The notes below the pieces were generated by a model. It saw only the letters and a list, made by a program, of their open reading frames with translations, was not told the DNA's origin and made no database searches. A stretch of 64,000 bases of DNA from Chiloscyllium plagiosum (taxonomy: Eukaryota), in the NCBI RefSeq assembly GCF_004010195.1, contig NC_057728.1, positions 41,706,844 to 41,770,843 on the forward strand, in the 5' to 3' direction. Made by a program: the position numbers and the translations under genes. Each line of letters begins with the position of its first letter. The stretch's first letter is position 1. Positions 60,361-64,000 of this stretch are shown here, piece after piece.

Positions 60361-62050
60361 CAAAGAACACAGAACATTACAGCACAGTCCAGGCTCTCTG
60401 ACCCTCAATGTTGTGCTGACCTGTGAAACCAGCCTGAAGCTGAACTAACCTGCATTGTTGCATTATCATCCATATGTTTATCCAATGGCCATTTAAAAAG
60501 ACATTAAAGTCGGTGAGTCTACTACAGTTGCAGGCAGGGAGTTTCACGCCATTACTACTCTCTGAGTAAAGAAACTACCCCTCTGACATCTGTCCTATAT
60601 CTATCACCGCTCAATTTAAAGCTATGTCCTCTCATGCTAGCCATCACTATCCGAGGAAAACGTCTCTCTCTGCTAACACTATCTAATCCTCTGATCATCT
60701 TTCACATCTCTATTAAGTCACCTCTCAACCTCTTCCTTCTAACGAAAACAGCCTCAGGTCACTCAGTCTTTCCTCAGAAGACCTTCCTTCCATACCAGAC
60801 AATATCCTCATAAATCTCCTCTGCATCTTTTCCAAAACTTACACATCCTTCCTATAATGTGGTAACCAGAACTGTACGCAATACTCCAAGTGCGGCCACA
60901 CCATAGTTTCCTACAGCTGCAACATAACCCCATGGTTCATATGCCTTCTTAACAATCCTATTAACCTGGGTGGCAACTTTCAGGGATCTATGTACATGGA
61001 CACGGAGATCTTTCTGCTCATCCACACTGCAAGAACCTTACCATTACCCCAGTACTCTGTATTACTGTTACTTCTTCCAAAATGAATCACCTCACACTTT
61101 TCTGCATTAAACTCCATTTGCCACCTTTCAGCCCAACTCTGCAGCTTATCTATGTCCCTCTGTAAGCAGCAATATCCTTCAGCACTGTCCACAGCTCGAC
61201 CGACCTTAGAGTCATTTGTAAATTTACTAACCCATCCTTCTACGCCATCATCCAGGTCATGTATAAAAATGACAAACAGCAGTGGCCCCTAAACAGATCC
61301 TTATGGTATACCACTAATAACTGAACACCAGGATGAACATTTGCCACCACCACTCTCTGTCTTCTTTCAGCTAACCAATTTCTGATTCATACCACTAAAT
61401 CACCCTCAATCCCATACCTCCATATTTACTGCAACAGCTTACCATGGGGAACCTTATCAAACGCTTTACTGAAATCCATGTACACCACATCAACCACTAT
61501 ACCCTCATTCATCTTCTCAACCATCTCAATAAGCTTTGCGAGGCACGACCTGCCCTTCACAAAACTGTGTTGACTATCCCTAATCAAATTGTTCCTTTCT
61601 AGTTAATAATAAATCCTATATCTTATAATTCTTTCCAGCACTTTACCCACAACTGAAGTAAGGCTCACTGCTCTATAATTACCAAAGTTGTCTCTACTCC
61701 CCTTCTTGAACAAGGGGACAACATTTGCTATCTTCCAGTCTTCTGGCACAATTTCTGTCGACAATGACGACATAAAGATCAAAGCCAAATGTTCTGCAAT
61801 CTCCTTCCTGGCTTCCCAGAGAATCTGAGGATAAATCACATCCGGCCCAGGGGACTTATCTATTTTCACACTTTCCAGAATTGCTAACACCTCCTCCTTA
61901 CGAACCTCAGTCCCATCTCATCTAATAGCCTGTACCTCAGTGTTCTCCTCAACAACATTGTCTCTTTCCAGTGTAAATACTAATGAAAAATATTCATTTA
62001 GCACCTCTCCTATCTCCTCGGACTCCAAGCACAAATTCCCACTCCTGTCC
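60361..62050 (-). mobile_element. CR1-type LINE (RT region + 3' UTR) inserted into a PLE pLTR
   Basis: ORFs 61603-61890 DKSPGPD.IYP..PEDWKIANVVPLFKKG..NYRAVSLTSVVGK and 60980-61192 WQMEFNAEKCEVIHFG; the host pLTR resumes at ~62051 (ctcacagatgctacc..tccagcattcgc). Confidence 0.92.
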
Positions 62051-62494
62051 TTTCTTCTCACAGATGCTACCATATCAGCAGAGTCTCTGCAGAAATTTCT
62101 GTTTTGTTTCCAATCTCCAGCATTCGCTGTTGTGTTTTAATTCCCAAATGAGCCTGACTTTACAAGCAAATGTGACTGACTGAGTTCCAGCTGACAAAGA
62201 GGGAAGGAGCAGAAAAGCTGGGTGACTGGTTGGCCAATAAAATCTGAGTGCTTTGCTGAAGCATGCAAATATTTTTCAAAGCACAACATCTGTCAGACAA
62301 ATAAGTCATTTGTTTAATCTCCGCAAAGAACTATTCAATGCTGATGGCTTGTGAAGGCTTATGATGCTGGGAGCTTAGCTTCAGTAATGTGTGTAAGATC
62401 CTTTCATTGTTCTAAATACCTACAGTGTGGCTGTTAGAAGATGCAGCTTGTGGGCTGTTACATCCACATTTCTGTCAAGTCCTAATGATATGTT

Positions 62495-62633
62495 AAAAGC
62501 CAAAAGAACTGCGGCTGCTGTAAATCAGAAACAAAAACAGAAATTGTTGGAGAGACTCTGCTGGTATGGTAGCATCTGTGGGTTCTGAGGCTCAGTCGAC
62601 CCAAAACGTTTCTCTTCACAGATGCTGCCAGCT
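62495..62633. mobile_element. Short fold-back Penelope-like pLTR insertion
   Basis: ggtagcatctgtg / cacagatgctgcc inverted pair; TSD ctaatg(a/c)tatgtt at 62482-62494 and 62634-62646. Confidence 0.72.
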
Positions 62634-62981
62634 CTAATGCTATGTTCTAGGTTCAGTTACAGAAAGCAAGCAAGCAGGCTCTTGCTCAAAGTTTTCTCCG
62701 CCTCTCGTTCCTTTACCTCATAAAGGATAAAGCTGGATGGGATGCTGAGACATTTTCTTATTTGGTGAGGGATCCACTGGGAATGATAACTAAGCAGAGA
62801 TACTTGCCATGTGTTCAGTGTGTCGGTCTCTGCTGTCTGCTTTGCCTGGAGCTGCTGCTTCCATTATGCGCCTGGGACCCATGATTTTCATCGCAACTCA
62901 CTCTGTGATTATCTTTTTGAATTGAGACTCAACAGCATTTGGCAAGATTTAACAATGTTACTCAGGGCTGGCAACACAGAA

Positions 62982-63148
62982 ACAAAGTTAAAAATCAGAC
63001 AACACTAGGTTATAGTTCAACAGATTTATCAGCTACCTGATGAAGGAGCAGTGCTCCGGAAGCTAGTGCTTCCAAATAAACCTGTTGGACTATAACCTAG
63101 TGTTGTCAGATTTTTAACTTTGCCCACCTTAGTCCAACACCGGCACCT
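62982..63148. mobile_element. Fold-back insertion of the third Penelope-like pLTR family
   Basis: aaagttaaaaatc.gacaacactaggttatagt.caacag / ctgttggactataacctagtgttgtcagatttttaacttt; hammerhead CTGATGA-A-GGAGC agt GCTCC-GGAA-GC-TA-gtg at 63037-63068. Confidence 0.78.
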
Positions 63149-63367
63149 NNNNNNNNNNNNNNNNNNNNNNNNNNNNNNNNNNNNNNNNNNNNNNNNNNNN
63201 NNNNNNNNNNNNNNNNNNNNNNNNNNNNNNNNNNNNNNNNNNNNNNNNNNNNNNNNNNNNNNNNNNNNNNNNNNNNNNNNNNNNNNNNNNNNNNNNNNNN
63301 NNNNNNNNNNNNNNNNNNNNNNNNNNNNNNNNNNNNNNNNNNNNNNNNNNNNNNNNNNNNNNNNNNN

Positions 63368-63657
63368 TCTTGACCAGCAATCTTCTTCCCGACCTCTCCG
63401 CCCCCACCTCCTCTCCGGCCTATCACCCTCACCCTCACCTCCTTCCACCTATCTTATTCCCAGCGCCCCTCCCCAAAATTCCCTCCTCCCTACCTTTTAT
63501 CTCAGCCCGCTTGGCACACCAGCCACATTCCTGAAGAAGGGCTTATGCCCGAAACGTCGATGCTCCTGCTCCTCGGATGCTGCCTGGCCTGCTGCGCTTT
63601 TCCAGCACCACACATTTCAACTCTGCTCTCCAGCATCTGCAGTCCTCACTTTCTCCT
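63368..63657 (+). mobile_element. Penelope-like pLTR with intact hammerhead core and tail
   Basis: C/T-rich pLTR body, CTGAAGA(63531)-A-GGGC ttat GCCC-GAAA-CG-TC, tail ctccagcatctgcagtcctcactttctcct. Confidence 0.82.
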
Positions 63658-64000
63658 CACAACTCCTATACTCAATGCTCTGACCAATAAAGGAAAACAT
63701 ACCAAACACCTTCTTCACTATCCTGTCTACCTGTGACTCCACTTTCAAGAAGCTATGCACCTGCACTCCAACACTCCCTAGGACCTTACCATTAAGTGTA
63801 TAAGTCCTGCAAAGATTTGCTTTCCCAAAGTGCAGCACCTCGCATTTATCTGAATTAAGCTCCATCTGCCACTTCTCAGCCCATTGGCACATCTGGTCAA
63901 GATCTTGTTGTAATCTGAGGTAACCCTCTTCGCTGTCCACTACACCTCCAATTTTGGTGTCATCTGCAAACTTACGAACTGTACCTCTTATGCTCGCATC
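63658..64000 (-). mobile_element. CR1-type LINE RT fragment running off the window
   Basis: ORF 63617-63940 EGYLRLQQDLDQM.QWAEKWQME.N.DKCEVLHFG; FADDTK at the right edge. Confidence 0.9.

Overview
Vertebrate genomic DNA, most likely a shark, judged from HE1/V-SINE-type SINEs and abundant CR1/HER1-type LINEs. The only host gene I can support is HMGA2 on the minus strand. Coding exons 1-3 (21523-21419, 19627-19541, 16774-16724) each carry one AT-hook and have phase-0 GT-AG junctions. Intron 3 runs off the left edge, and exons 4-5 were not found in the window. The promoter lies in a CpG-rich, nearly transposon-free block (~16.4-28.3 kb). The rest is transposon-rich intron and upstream intergenic DNA: CR1 LINEs of several ages, tRNA-derived V-SINEs, and Gypsy, Harbinger, Tx1-like and MITE remnants. 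The most striking structure is about 20 pieces of Penelope-like retroelements (PLEs) from at least three families. Their terminal repeats carry minimal hammerhead ribozyme cores (CUGANGA...GAAA-NN-UH). Many are 140-380 bp fold-back (palindromic) insertions with 12-16 bp target-site duplications (TSDs) and a ~31-36 nt one-sided tail, and their inversion points cluster at the ribozyme. N runs are assembly gaps inside young repeats. All family assignments come from motif recognition by eye, not database searches, and repeat boundaries are approximate.
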